A stretch of 64,000 nucleotides of DNA, from positions 589,014 through 653,013 of the forward strand of contig CAXXSR010000002.1 in assembly GCA_963662615.2 (NCBI GenBank), in the 5' to 3' direction. The translations under genes were made by a program, and so were the position numbers. Within the stretch, counting starts at the first letter, position 1; the number at the start of each line of letters is the position of its first letter. The DNA is from Dehalococcoidia bacterium (GTDB taxonomy: Bacteria; Chloroflexota; Dehalococcoidia; Bin125). The notes beneath the pieces are model-generated. The model ran no database searches, was not told where the DNA came from, and saw nothing but the letters and a program-made list of their open reading frames with translations. This document shows positions 39,390 to 49,523 of this stretch, one piece after another.

Positions 39390-40223
39390 CTACGAAGACT
39401 GTTCGTCGAGAGCCGCCCGCAGGGCGTCGTGCCACCTGGACACGTCCCGTATGTACAGCTGGAACAGGTAGTCATCCACTTGCGTGGCGCTCACCCCCAC
39501 GGGAATGTGCCGCCCGTCGAGTAGCAGCAGCCGGGCGCTGCGACGAAAGACACCGGTCGCCGTGAGATGGCGGATGCTTTCTCGCCAAGGGGTGATCTCG
39601 TCGCTCAGGAGGAACGCATGAAACGGGCAGCCAAGCAGACTCTCACGCTTCCGGCCGTACAGCTGGCAGAGCGCCTCATTGACGTGGAGATACCGCAGAT
39701 CGGCGTTGCAGATCCCTATCGGATCGAGAGCGAGATCGACCGCGCGGCGATGGCGCTCACTGTTCCAGAGCCCAAGGGGCGCCGCCTCCTCGCCGGGCCG
39801 AACCTCCGACGCAAAGTAGAGCGCCTTGCCCCGGCGGTCCCTCACCAGGCACGTTTGCAGGAGCGCCGGAACCACCGCGCCCTGTTTGCTCACATAACGC
39901 CTCTCAAATTCGCAAGAGCGCCGCTCCCCCGCCAGCATTTGGCGGATGGCAAAACTACCGTGCTCTCGGTCCTCGGGGTGCGTGATGTCGGCGAAGCTGA
40001 CGCCGCGAAGTTCGCCCTCCGTACACCCGAGCATCCGCGCGTAGGCGGCGTTGACCTGGATCAGCCTCCCTTCGAGATTGACCAGGGCGAGGCCTCCGGG
40101 CCACTGATCAAATGTCGCCTCGACGGCTTCTTGTAGCCACGAGGTCTGTGTCGCTGGCAGACACGAGGGGGATCTCTCTTGCAGCCACGACGGTGGCGTT
40201 ACAGCTCCATCTCTCTCGGCCAT
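39390..40223 (-). CDS. stand-alone tandem PAS-domain protein
   Basis: VNAAYARMLGC...ITHPED..ERRYVSKQG; second PAS VNEALCQLYG...DGRHIPV..IRDVS; no output domain. Confidence 0.85.
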   Translation of the reverse strand: MAERDGAVTPPSWLQERSPSCLPATQTSWLQEAVEATFDQWPGGLALVNLEGRLIQVNAAYARMLGCTEGELRGVSFADITHPEDREHGSFAIRQMLAGERRSCEFERRYVSKQGAVVPALLQTCLVRDRRGKALYFASEVRPGEEAAPLGLWNSERHRRAVDLALDPIGICNADLRYLHVNEALCQLYGRKRESLLGCPFHAFLLSDEITPWRESIRHLTATGVFRRSARLLLLDGRHIPVGVSATQVDDYLFQLYIRDVSRWHDALRAALDEQSS

Positions 40224-40290
40224 GGTTCCCGCCCCTCCCCTCGGTTCGCGGTCCTGAGGGAGCCGCGTGGCTTCGCGGAGACTTGTGGAT

Positions 40291-40387
40291 ACAGACCGGT
40301 CGGTCTAGTGCCGAACGGCTAAATACCTGCGAACAGCCCTGGGCTGCGCGAGCTGCTGACAATTATGGAAACAGACCGGTCTGTCTC
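40291..40387. promoter_or_regulatory. two TetR-type (NemR-like) operators 80 bp apart
   Basis: CAGACC-GGTC-GGTCTA (40292-40307) and CAGACC-GGTC-TGTCTC (40372-40387). Confidence 0.72.
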
Positions 40388-40480
40388 GATGGGCCGGGCA
40401 TGGCACTCGCGGACCGCAGGTCTCCCGCGAGATGCGTCTCCTGCGAGATGCATGGGCTCCAGCGGGAGGAACGTGGCCGG

Positions 40481-41092
40481 CTAGGAGCGGTCGCCTTGCC
40501 CACCGTCCAGCGCCGCCGCAATCAACGTCTCGGCGGCCTTCCGCGCCACGCGTGCGGCCGCTGTGTCTCCCGACACGAAGGCGGCGTTGACCGCGCCGTC
40601 CGAGAGGAGCACGAGTTGGGCCCCCAGCAGCTCCGGGTCCCGCGCGCCGGCGCGGCCCGCTAGCTTGCTCATGTACTGCTCAAACCAGCGCTGGTGGTCG
40701 GCTGCCATCTGGTGGATGGCGTCATCGGGGTCGGGAAAATGCGCGGCGGCATTCACGAAGCGGCTGCCTCTGTAGTCGGGCTGGCGAAACAGCTCATCCA
40801 GGAGATCGAAGGCTATCAGGAGCCGCTCTCTCGGTTCCGCGCCGCTGCCCTCGATCCTCTCGCTTATCCGCCGTTGCTCCTCCTGGCTCTGATGCCGGAG
40901 CACTGCCAGCGCCAATTGTTTCTTGGAGCCGAAGTGCTTATACAGCGACATCTTCGCGACGCCCGCTTCGGCTACAATGGCGTTGACACCCGTCGGGTGG
41001 ATTCCGCGCTCGGCAAAGAGACGACCGGCCGCCTCCAGGATCCGTTCAGCCGCCGAAGGTCCACCCTTAGACTCGCCTGTAGCAGCGACCAA
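40481..41092 (-). CDS. TetR/AcrR family regulator
   Basis: ERILEAAGRLFAERGI...AGVAKMSLYKHFGSK; YRGSRFVNAAA; AGGAG RBS before TTG 41092. Confidence 0.92.
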   Translation of the reverse strand: MVAATGESKGGPSAAERILEAAGRLFAERGIHPTGVNAIVAEAGVAKMSLYKHFGSKKQLALAVLRHQSQEEQRRISERIEGSGAEPRERLLIAFDLLDELFRQPDYRGSRFVNAAAHFPDPDDAIHQMAADHQRWFEQYMSKLAGRAGARDPELLGAQLVLLSDGAVNAAFVSGDTAAARVARKAAETLIAAALDGGQGDRS

Positions 41093-41749
41093 CGGCCCGC
41101 TCCTTTTGGTGTACGCTGCCCGCTCCAAGCACCGTAGCTTCGCACGCCGGTTTCCCCATGTGCTCGCATCTGAACTGTCGGCGTATTCATCCCCTCGGAC
41201 AGCCGCTCGCTCCTTCCCAAAAACGCCGACTCGCAATCTTGATACCCGGCCGCCCTGTCCCCCCGCAGTCCGATCCGAGTCCGGCCCGCGTCCCAACCCG
41301 GTCCGAAAGGTGTCCCAGCCTGTCCCCAACCAGTTCCTGTCCCTCCCCTTCTGCCAAGCAGGGCACACTCGCGCCCCTCCCTCCCAGATAGAGAGCCCAC
41401 GTCGAAGGGAGACACAAAAGATCGCGCAGGCCGACGCCCGCCGCCCCGGACCGATCAGCGCCCAGTTGACCGCACACCGCTGTGGCCGGCTCCGCCCAGC
41501 GATGGACGGCGACACTGACCGATGACCCCTCAGCCAACGGCGATCTGGAGCTGCGCCTTGTCATGACGATGTTTCGCCCGCGCGGACGAGTGCCACAACG
41601 GCGCGCGAGCGAGCCACACCCGCCGTGGGTCGTCGCGCCTCGCGAACATAGTGCAGAGGTGAATGATATCCGCGCTCTTCGTGGAGGTGACGCGGGGCCG
41701 TCAACCGGCCGTCGCCGCGCCCGCCGCCACCGCGCCCGCAGCCGACGCG

Positions 41750-41804
41750 CTCCCCTACCCCGTCACCGCCCCCTCCTCCGCCCCCAACACCAGCCGCGCG
41801 TACT
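41750..41804 (-). repeat. duplicate of the ilvD 3' end (other copy 42353-42407)
   Basis: 53/55 identical by manual alignment; encodes [15 protein letters not shown] vs [15 protein letters not shown]. Confidence 0.93.
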
Positions 41805-41848
41805 CCCCGCCACCCTACTCGCCTCGACACCGGCCCTCCGCTAAAATG

Positions 41849-41860
41849 GAACAGATGTTC
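41849..41860. promoter_or_regulatory. consensus LexA-type box
   Basis: GAAC-AGAT-GTTC just downstream of TAAAAT (41842-41847). Confidence 0.65.
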
Positions 41861-42125
41861 TCCATACGCCGTGCCTCTCCCCTTGCAGCCGCCTGCCACG
41901 GTGACGGAAAAGATCGCGCGCGGGTGGCGGACAGGACGGGTCGCGCTTGGACTTCCCCCTCCTTCCCAAACCTTCCCCCCTTGTATCCCCCGACACACGG
42001 AATCCGCCCTCTCCCAGATGGGAGGTGCCACAAACCGCGCAACAAAAACGGAACCAGCGAGATCGCCCATAGCCGACTGCGAGGGCCCCCTATGTATGGC
42101 CTCGTTCGCGGCGGAGAGCAGGGAC

Positions 42126-42347
42126 TTAGCGCGTCGTCTGGTAGATCACCGGCCGGTAGCGCGGCGGCGGAATCGGCTTCTCCTCCGCCCGCGCAGCCTC
42201 CAACCAGGCCGCCTTGGCTTGCTCCAGTTCTACCAGCGCCTCCTCGGGGGTGGCGCCAAGCGCGGAGCACGCTTCGAGGTCTGGGATGTCGGCGACGTAC
42301 GCCCCATCTTCCTCGCCGTAGAAAATGTTGATGTGGTAGTCCCTCAC
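42126..42347 (-). CDS. hicB: HicB-family antitoxin (short, orphan)
   Basis: EEDGAYVADIPDLEACSALGATPEEAL...WLEAARAEEKPIPPP. Confidence 0.9.
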   Translation of the reverse strand: MRDYHINIFYGEEDGAYVADIPDLEACSALGATPEEALVELEQAKAAWLEAARAEEKPIPPPRYRPVIYQTTR

Positions 42348-42357
42348 GCCTTCTCCC

Positions 42358-44031
42358 CTAACCCGTCACCGCCCCCTCCTCCGCCCCCGACACCAGCCGC
42401 GCGTACTTGGCGAACGCGCCCCTGGTGTAGCGCGGCGCCGGCGGCGTCCACTCCGCCAGCCGCCGCTCCATCTCCGCCGCGTCCAGCTCCACGTCCACGC
42501 GACGGTTGACCACGTCGAAGCGGATCACGTCCCCGTCGCGCAGCGCCGCGATGGGCCCGCCCACCGCCGCTTCCGGCGACACGTGCCCCGCCATCAGGCC
42601 GTGCGTCGCGCCGCTGAAGCGGCCGTCGGTGAGGAGCGCCACACTGTCGCCCAGCCCTGCGCCCACCAGCGCCGCCGTCACGCCCAGCATCTCCCGCATC
42701 CCCGGCCCCCCCTTGGGACCTTCATAGCGGATCACCACCACGTCGCCGGCCTTGATCTCTTGCCCCGCCACGGCCGCGAACGCATCCTCCTCCCGGTCGA
42801 ACACGCGCGCCGGCCCCCGATGGCCGACGCGTGCCTCCCCCGCCACCTTCAGCACGCAGCCGTTCGGCGCCAGGTCCCCCTTGAGGATGACCAGCCCGCC
42901 CGACTCGTTCAGCGGCGCCTCCACCGAGCGGACCACGTCCTGTCCGGGCGTCTCCACGGCGGCCTCCGCCTCCTCCGCAATGGTCTTGCCCGTGACCGTC
43001 ATGGCGCCCCCGTGCAGCTTGCCGCCCTCCAGCAGCCGCTTCGCCAGCAACGGCGTCCCCCCGGCCCGGTCCATGTCCAGGGCCACGTAGCGCCCGCCCG
43101 GGCGCAGATCGCCGATCAGCGGCGTCTGGCGGCTGATCCGGTCGAAGTCGTCAATGTCCAGCGCCACGCCCGCTTCCGCCGCGATCGCCAGGAGGTGCAG
43201 CACCACGTTCGTCGATCCGCCCGTCGCCGCCGCGGAGATGATCCCGTTCTCCAGCGCCTCCCGCGTCAGGATCTCGCGCGGCAGGACGCCTCGCGCCAGC
43301 ACGTCCATCACCAGCGCTCCCGCGCGATGCGCCACATCGTTCTTGCGCGGATCGGTCGCGCCCACCGTGGCGCTGCCCATCGGCGAGATCCCCAGGAATT
43401 CCAGCGTCGTTGCCATCGTGTTGGCCGTGTATTGCGCGCCGCAGGCGCCCGCGCCGGGACAGGCCGCCTCTTCAATGGCGCTCAGCTCGCTGGCGCCGAT
43501 CTTGCCCGCCGCCTCCTGTCCCACCCCCTCAAACACGTCCTGGATCGTCAGGTCCCTGCTCCCGTAGCGTCCCGGCGCAATGGAGCCGCTGTAGAGGACC
43601 ACGCCGGGAAGGTTGAGTCGGGCCAGCGCCATCGCCGCCGCCGGGATCGTCTTGTCGCAGCCGACGATGATCGCCGCCGCGTCGAACAGATAGCCCGTCG
43701 CGCACAGCTCAATGGAATCGGCGATCACCTCGCGGCTGATCAGCGACGCCTTCATCCCCTCCGTGCCCATGGAGATGCCGTCGGTGATCGAGATCGTGTT
43801 GACCTCCATCGGCGTCCCGCCCGCTTCACGCACCCCCGCCATCACGTGCTGCGCCAGCTCTCGCTGGCTGAAATTGCACGGCGCCGCTCCGATCCAGGAG
43901 TGCGCCACCATCACCAGCGGCCTCTTCAGGTCGTCTCCCGTGAATCCGACCGAGCGGAACATGGCGCGGGCGGGCGCGCGGTCGGGCCCGTCCACCAGAA
44001 CGCGGCTGCGATGTCGGGGATCGAACGGCAT
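42358..44031 (-). CDS. ilvD: dihydroxy-acid dehydratase
   Basis: [43 protein letters not shown]. Confidence 0.97.
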   Translation of the reverse strand: MPFDPRHRSRVLVDGPDRAPARAMFRSVGFTGDDLKRPLVMVAHSWIGAAPCNFSQRELAQHVMAGVREAGGTPMEVNTISITDGISMGTEGMKASLISREVIADSIELCATGYLFDAAAIIVGCDKTIPAAAMALARLNLPGVVLYSGSIAPGRYGSRDLTIQDVFEGVGQEAAGKIGASELSAIEEAACPGAGACGAQYTANTMATTLEFLGISPMGSATVGATDPRKNDVAHRAGALVMDVLARGVLPREILTREALENGIISAAATGGSTNVVLHLLAIAAEAGVALDIDDFDRISRQTPLIGDLRPGGRYVALDMDRAGGTPLLAKRLLEGGKLHGGAMTVTGKTIAEEAEAAVETPGQDVVRSVEAPLNESGGLVILKGDLAPNGCVLKVAGEARVGHRGPARVFDREEDAFAAVAGQEIKAGDVVVIRYEGPKGGPGMREMLGVTAALVGAGLGDSVALLTDGRFSGATHGLMAGHVSPEAAVGGPIAALRDGDVIRFDVVNRRVDVELDAAEMERRLAEWTPPAPRYTRGAFAKYARLVSGAEEGAVTG

Positions 44032-44198
44032 GGCTGAACTCCTTGGCTGTGCCTGGACGGGGAAGGAATCGGGACCCGCCCGGCGTCAGGCCGCCCCGGC
44101 GCGGCGCCGGCCGTGCGCGTCAGGATAGACGACGCTGGGCGCCCCCGTCAGTCGATCGCTCCGCCCGCGCGGCCGCGCTCGGCGGGACGCCGGGCGGA

Positions 44199-45290
44199 TC
44201 AGCGCGCGCGTTGCGGCTGAGCCGGACGCGGAGGCTCTTGCTGCCCCTCCGCTGCAGGCTGCGCCGGCTCCTGCCCTCGCGCCAGGCGGCCCACCGGCAC
44301 GTTGTAGAGCCACAGGAAGAACAGGCCAACGAGCGCTATGGGGATGAGCACCAGGCCGTGCAGCGAAGCGGCGTAGGCAATCGCGACCTCTTCCGCGTTG
44401 TCCGCAAGGAGATAGATCAGGAGCACTTCCTTCGTCGCCCACTCGAACGGCCCCACGCCACCGGCGCTGGAGGGGGCCGCGATGATGATGTTCGCCGCCG
44501 CCGCCACTAGGAGGTACACCGGGAACGCCAGACCCAGCCCGAACGCTTCGCCCACCAGGAAGTACATCAGCGCTTCCAGCCCCCAGGCGACGGCGCTGGT
44601 CCAAACGCCCGCGAGGAGAAGGCGTCGGTCCCGCAGCGCGCTGAACCCCTCCGCCACCGACGTGACCCAGCCGCTGCTGCGTCTCCGCATGAAGGGGATC
44701 CGTTCCATCAGCCCTCGCACCACTCGCTCCGCCGCGTCGGGACGGGTCGCAATGGCGTAGAGGAGGACGAACGCCGCGGACACGCCGAAGACCATAAACG
44801 CCATCACGCCCAGGAAAAGATCGCCTGGGTAGTCAATCAGCCCAACCAGGCCCGCCGCCACGCCAACGCAGAGAAAGGCGGTCAGCATCATTCCGTCGAA
44901 GACGCGCGCCACGAAGACGCTGGCCAGCCCGGCCGGCCGGCTGATCCCGTGGCGGCGGTGGAGCACGTGCGCTCGCACGACCTCGCCGGTCCGCAGCGGC
45001 AGGATGTTGTTCACACCGAAGCCGATCGCCATGATGGGCAGCAGTTTGCGCGGCGGCACCGGCTCCAGCGCGCGCAACAGGTAGTGCCAGCGCACCGCTC
45101 GGAAGTAGATGCCCGCGAAGAAGATCGCCAGGGCGATGAGGATCAGGACGACGTTGGCATCCGTAAACGCATCCGCCACGCCGCCGAAATCGGTGTTGCG
45201 GAGGAACAGGACCACGAAGACGCTACTGACCCCCACGCCCAGCAGTGCCCGGCTCGTTGGTCCCGTCATGGCGCGGATCCCGCGGCGCAT
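44199..45290 (-). CDS. lysylphosphatidylglycerol synthase TM-domain (flippase-like) protein
   Basis: RAVRWHYLL, NNILPLRTGEVVRA, PSSAGGVGPFE. Confidence 0.88.
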   Translation of the reverse strand: MRRGIRAMTGPTSRALLGVGVSSVFVVLFLRNTDFGGVADAFTDANVVLILIALAIFFAGIYFRAVRWHYLLRALEPVPPRKLLPIMAIGFGVNNILPLRTGEVVRAHVLHRRHGISRPAGLASVFVARVFDGMMLTAFLCVGVAAGLVGLIDYPGDLFLGVMAFMVFGVSAAFVLLYAIATRPDAAERVVRGLMERIPFMRRRSSGWVTSVAEGFSALRDRRLLLAGVWTSAVAWGLEALMYFLVGEAFGLGLAFPVYLLVAAAANIIIAAPSSAGGVGPFEWATKEVLLIYLLADNAEEVAIAYAASLHGLVLIPIALVGLFFLWLYNVPVGRLARGQEPAQPAAEGQQEPPRPAQPQRAR

Positions 45291-46375
45291 CAGCGCATCT
45301 CACGCCGCGCCGGCCGCGTTGCCCGATCCGGCAGCGGCGGCTGCCGCAGCGACGGCAGCGTCACCCCGCGAGCTGCCGCCGCGCGCGCCCGGATCCGGCC
45401 CAGCACCCGCGCTCCGGGGCCGTTGCCCAGCGCCGTCTCGGCCAGAAAGACCGCCGTCAGCCCGGATGCCCCGCCCGCCAGAATATCGGCGAAGTAATGC
45501 TCCCCCAGATATATGAGGGCGAAGGCGAGCGCGAGGCAGTACGTGAGGGCGCCCACCAGCAACCGCGGCGAGCGCAGCAGCACCCCCATGATCACCACCG
45601 CGAACGCCGCCGCGAAATGCAGCGAAGGCATCGCGGCCCGCGGGTTGGGCGACGCCACCAGCTCGAACATCTTGTCCGAGAGCGACTGCCCCAACAACGT
45701 CGCCCCTACGTCCTCCACGATGCGGCTGATCCCGGTCGTCGCTCCTTGCTCAACGGCGAGCCAGGGCGGGATGGTCGGGACCAGGTAGTACAGCACCACG
45801 GCGAAGTAGAAGCTCGCCGCCATGATGCAGGCCATGCGAGAGAAAAGGCGCCGTGCGACGAAGAACGTGCCGAACACCACCGCGTGCGGAAAGATGAACC
45901 AGCTCCAGTGGACGATTGTCGAGATGTACGCGAGGACTCCGAGGTTGGCCTCGCCCCCGCCTATCCGATCCTGCAGCCACGCCGAAGGAGTGACGCCGCC
46001 GAACATCCACAGCTCCCAGTCCAGGACGTAGCCGGTACTGGCTTGAATGGACGTCTCGTCGGCGGCGTCGCGGAGCTGCGTGAAGAAAAAAATGGCGGCG
46101 GCGTAGGAAATCCAGGTGCGGAGTTCGTGCGCACGCGGGGCGATCCAGACAATGGCGACCAGGGCGGCCACCAGCGTCACCGGAAAGCCAACGGTGTCGT
46201 AGCCCACCGTCATCCGAATGACCGGAGCCACGAGCCCGTAGGCCGCTACCGCCCAGGCCGCCAGGCGGGCCCAGTCGCGCGGGCGCCGCGGCCGGCGGAA
46301 GTCCGCCCGAATCTCGGCCCGCCACGATTCCGGTCGTCGCGCGGCGACCATCCCCACGCGTCCCTCCTCCGCCAC
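45290..46375 (-). CDS. PAP2 superfamily protein (AUR1/IPC-synthase-like)
   Basis: PTIPPW, AAMPSLHFA, GEHYFADILAG. Confidence 0.87.
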   Translation of the reverse strand: MAEEGRVGMVAARRPESWRAEIRADFRRPRRPRDWARLAAWAVAAYGLVAPVIRMTVGYDTVGFPVTLVAALVAIVWIAPRAHELRTWISYAAAIFFFTQLRDAADETSIQASTGYVLDWELWMFGGVTPSAWLQDRIGGGEANLGVLAYISTIVHWSWFIFPHAVVFGTFFVARRLFSRMACIMAASFYFAVVLYYLVPTIPPWLAVEQGATTGISRIVEDVGATLLGQSLSDKMFELVASPNPRAAMPSLHFAAAFAVVIMGVLLRSPRLLVGALTYCLALAFALIYLGEHYFADILAGGASGLTAVFLAETALGNGPGARVLGRIRARAAAARGVTLPSLRQPPLPDRATRPARREMR

Positions 46376-46485
46376 ATCCTACGAGCGTCGCGGCCCGCCG
46401 GAGAAGCGCCCGCAGGACCGCACCGCCGCGGGCCCCAGCGGCCAGATTCGTGGCCGGTACCCGGCCGGTCCGTACACTAGGGCAC

Positions 46486-48711
46486 GTGCGATTACGACAC
46501 CGCTCCCGAGCGCTGCATTTTCTGCTCGCGGCAGTCGCGCTTGCCGTCGTGACGGGGATGCTCTCCGCCAACCCGCGATCCGCCGCCCCGGCGCCGGACA
46601 CCACCGCCCCGGCGCCGGAAATTGCCGGCGCAACCCCCTTCGCTGCAGGCGAGCTGCTCGTCGCTTTCGCGCCGGCGCTGGAAGCGTCCCTGCCCGCCGA
46701 CCTTGCTCGGCTCGTCGGCGCCGAGCTCGTGGAGTCGTATCCCCGGTCGGGCATCCACCGTGTGCGCATCCGCGATGGCGATGTGCGCGCCGCCGCACGG
46801 CGATTGCGCGCCAGCGGCCTGGTCCGCTTCGCGGAGCCCAACTATCGCTTCCGGCTCGCCGGCCTCATTCCCAATGACCCCGGCTACGCGGATCAGGCGG
46901 ACTACTGGGACTTGGTGGGCGCGCCCGACGCCTGGGAGTTCACCACCGGCAGCCGCTCCGTGGTCGTGGCGATGCTCGACGGCGCCGTTGACTTGGACCA
47001 CCCCGATCTCGCCGCCAACATCTGGACCAACCCCGGCGAGATCCCCGACAACGGTATCGACGACGACGGCAACGGCTTCGTCGACGACCTCCACGGCTAC
47101 GACTTCGTCGGCGCTTTTCCCGGCAGCGGCGGGGGCCGCCTGGGCGAGGACGGCGATCCCGATGCCAAGCCCGGCGATCCCGCCCTGGGCGACGGGCTGG
47201 ACCAGGACGGCGACGGCAAAGCGGACGGCGCCGTGGGACACGGCACACTCGTCGCCGGCATTCTCGCCGCGGTAGGGAACAACGGCCTGGGCGCTGCCGG
47301 CGCCGCCTGGCAGCTCTCGGTCATGCCCCTGCGCATCACCGATCCCGAAGGCAACGGCTTTTTCTCCTCCTTCGTCCGCGGCCTCGAATATGCGGTCGCC
47401 AACGACGCCGACATTGTCAACATCTCCCTCGCCTCGCCGTTTCTGCCCGAATCGGCGCGACTGGCCGTGGAAACCGCGCTGGACGCCGGACTGATCATCG
47501 TCGTGGCCGCCGGCAACGGCGGGCTCAACGTGGACTTCCCGGCGGCGATCCCCGGGGTCGTGGCGGTGGGCACCCACGGCGCCCTCGACGATCCGGACGC
47601 GCGCGCGCTGTTCTCACCGCGAAACGCCGGCGTCGACTTCGTGGCGCCGGGCATCGACGTCTACTCCACGGACGTGGCGCCTCTCACCGGCGCGCCGACC
47701 TACGGCGTGGGCACCGGGACCTCCTTCTCCGCCCCCTTCGTCACCGGCGCCATCGCCCTGATCCTGGCCACCAGTCCCACCGCCACTCCGGCCGACGTCC
47801 TCGCCCTCCTCCAAGAAGGCGCCGTCGATCTGCCGGACGCGGACGCGCCGAATTGGGACGGCGCCGGCCGCGTCCATCTTGGCCGCACCTTGGCCGCCCT
47901 GCTGGCGCGCCCGCCTGCCGCGCCAATCATTGATGGAGTGGACGTCACGGACGCCCGCATCATCGTGAGCGGGCGCGCCGTCCCAGGCAGCGCGGTCCGG
48001 ATCAGCGACGGCGGCGCTGAGGAGCCGCCGCTCGGCGTCGTCACCGCCGCGCCGGATGGAACCTTCGCGTTGGAGCTGGCGCGCCGGGCGCTCCCGGAGA
48101 CCGTCGCGGTGCTCTCCCTCGTCGCCGTCGCCGAGACGAGCGCAGGCCCGTCGCCGCCGTCGACGCCGCTGCCCTTCGCCTTGCCACGCACCGTCCCGCT
48201 CCAGCCGGGATGGAACTTGGTTGCGTGGGCCGGCGTCACCGGGCCCGGCCACGAGGCGCTGGCGGCTCTTCCTCCCCGCGTGACTCGCGTCTTCGCCTGG
48301 GACGGCGCGCACTGGGAAATCGCTGTCCCGGCCAGCCCAGTACTGACGATCAGTCAAATTCACACGGGGCAAGGCCTCTGGCTGTTCGTTGAGGGCGCCG
48401 CACCCGTCGAGTGGCAGCAGACCCGAGCCGAGTTTGCTGCCGTCGCCCTCGCACCCGGCTGGCGCCTCGTCGCCTGGGCCGGCGCCCGGACGGACGTGGC
48501 CGGCGCCGTCGCCGCGACTGACGCCGACATCCGTGCCGTCTTCGCCTGGGACGCCGCCGCCGGCCGCTTTCGCTCCTTCCGCGCCGCGCTGCCCTTGGCT
48601 CCCGGCGGTCCACCGGGGACGCTCAGCCGCCTGGGGCACCTTGACGCGGTCTGGGTCGTCGTGGGCGAGCGCGGCGGCAATTGGCCTGCGCTGGAGCCGG
48701 CCGCTCCCTAG
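46486..48711 (+). CDS. secreted S8 subtilase with Ig-like and repeated C-terminal domains
   Basis: VAMLDG, HGTLVAGI, GTSFSAP triad; DDDGNGFVDD Ca-binding loop. Confidence 0.93.
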   Translation: MRLRHRSRALHFLLAAVALAVVTGMLSANPRSAAPAPDTTAPAPEIAGATPFAAGELLVAFAPALEASLPADLARLVGAELVESYPRSGIHRVRIRDGDVRAAARRLRASGLVRFAEPNYRFRLAGLIPNDPGYADQADYWDLVGAPDAWEFTTGSRSVVVAMLDGAVDLDHPDLAANIWTNPGEIPDNGIDDDGNGFVDDLHGYDFVGAFPGSGGGRLGEDGDPDAKPGDPALGDGLDQDGDGKADGAVGHGTLVAGILAAVGNNGLGAAGAAWQLSVMPLRITDPEGNGFFSSFVRGLEYAVANDADIVNISLASPFLPESARLAVETALDAGLIIVVAAGNGGLNVDFPAAIPGVVAVGTHGALDDPDARALFSPRNAGVDFVAPGIDVYSTDVAPLTGAPTYGVGTGTSFSAPFVTGAIALILATSPTATPADVLALLQEGAVDLPDADAPNWDGAGRVHLGRTLAALLARPPAAPIIDGVDVTDARIIVSGRAVPGSAVRISDGGAEEPPLGVVTAAPDGTFALELARRALPETVAVLSLVAVAETSAGPSPPSTPLPFALPRTVPLQPGWNLVAWAGVTGPGHEALAALPPRVTRVFAWDGAHWEIAVPASPVLTISQIHTGQGLWLFVEGAAPVEWQQTRAEFAAVALAPGWRLVAWAGARTDVAGAVAATDADIRAVFAWDAAAGRFRSFRAALPLAPGGPPGTLSRLGHLDAVWVVVGERGGNWPALEPAAP

Positions 48712-48722
48712 CCGGCCCTGCC

Positions 48723-49523
48723 CTATCCGGCGGCAGCCTCCACCGAGGCCCGCGCTTCCGCCATCCGCTCGCTCATGATCCGCCCCAGCCCCTCCACCTC
48801 AAAGGTGGGCGCCGGGGGACCGCGCTCCTCGGTCAGGCTGACGGATCGCAGGACGAAGATCACACTCGCGCCGTCGGCGAAGACCACGAGGTCGGTGACC
48901 ACGTCGCGCAGTCGCCGGCCATCCTCCTCCACGCCGTAGCGAAGAAAGTACTGCACCGCCCTGTCCCCCAGCGGTGGATCGGGGTGCCTCTGTTCCTCGA
49001 AGAGCGTCTCGTCCGGGCTGATGAACTCCAAAATGCGCTCGACCGGCTGCGCGTCGATGTGGGCGACGATGGCCTCCGCCTCCGCCGCTGTATCCAGCAG
49101 GATCGTGATCGTGAAGACCAGTTCGCCCGTCTCGCTGTTGGCGAATCCCTGCCCTTCGTACTGTTCCGCTTCCCGCGCCCGCGCGCCCAGGTCGGAGAGG
49201 ACGTCGTCTTCCAGGTCGCGCAGGAGGCCGGGGATGTCGTGGTAGAAGGAGATCGCTTCGAAGCCTGGCGGCAGGTCGTCGATCGAGACGTCCACAATCA
49301 CGCCGGCGGGAGCCGCCGGCGCGGGCGCTTCGGGCGGATCGGACGCTTCGGGCGGATCAGGCGGATCGGGAAGTACGGTCGTCGTGGGGTCCGGCGCTGC
49401 CGGCGAGGGCGGCTCGTCCACCTCCGCTCCGTTGCCGCCGCAGCTGGCCGCTACGGCCGCCGCCACGGTCACCGCCACGAACAGCGTGAGCACGGCGCTC
49501 CCGCCCCCGAGCCACCGTGTCAT
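48723..49523 (-). CDS. predicted lipoprotein, hypothetical
   Basis: VAASC lipobox, Pro-rich linker; ATGA overlap with the kinase gene. Confidence 0.7.
   Translation of the reverse strand: MTRWLGGGSAVLTLFVAVTVAAAVAASCGGNGAEVDEPPSPAAPDPTTTVLPDPPDPPEASDPPEAPAPAAPAGVIVDVSIDDLPPGFEAISFYHDIPGLLRDLEDDVLSDLGARAREAEQYEGQGFANSETGELVFTITILLDTAAEAEAIVAHIDAQPVERILEFISPDETLFEEQRHPDPPLGDRAVQYFLRYGVEEDGRRLRDVVTDLVVFADGASVIFVLRSVSLTEERGPPAPTFEVEGLGRIMSERMAEARASVEAAAG

Noticed and set aside
41644-41654. GAAC-ATA-GTGC as a LexA box
   Set aside because: Spacer is 3 bp rather than 4
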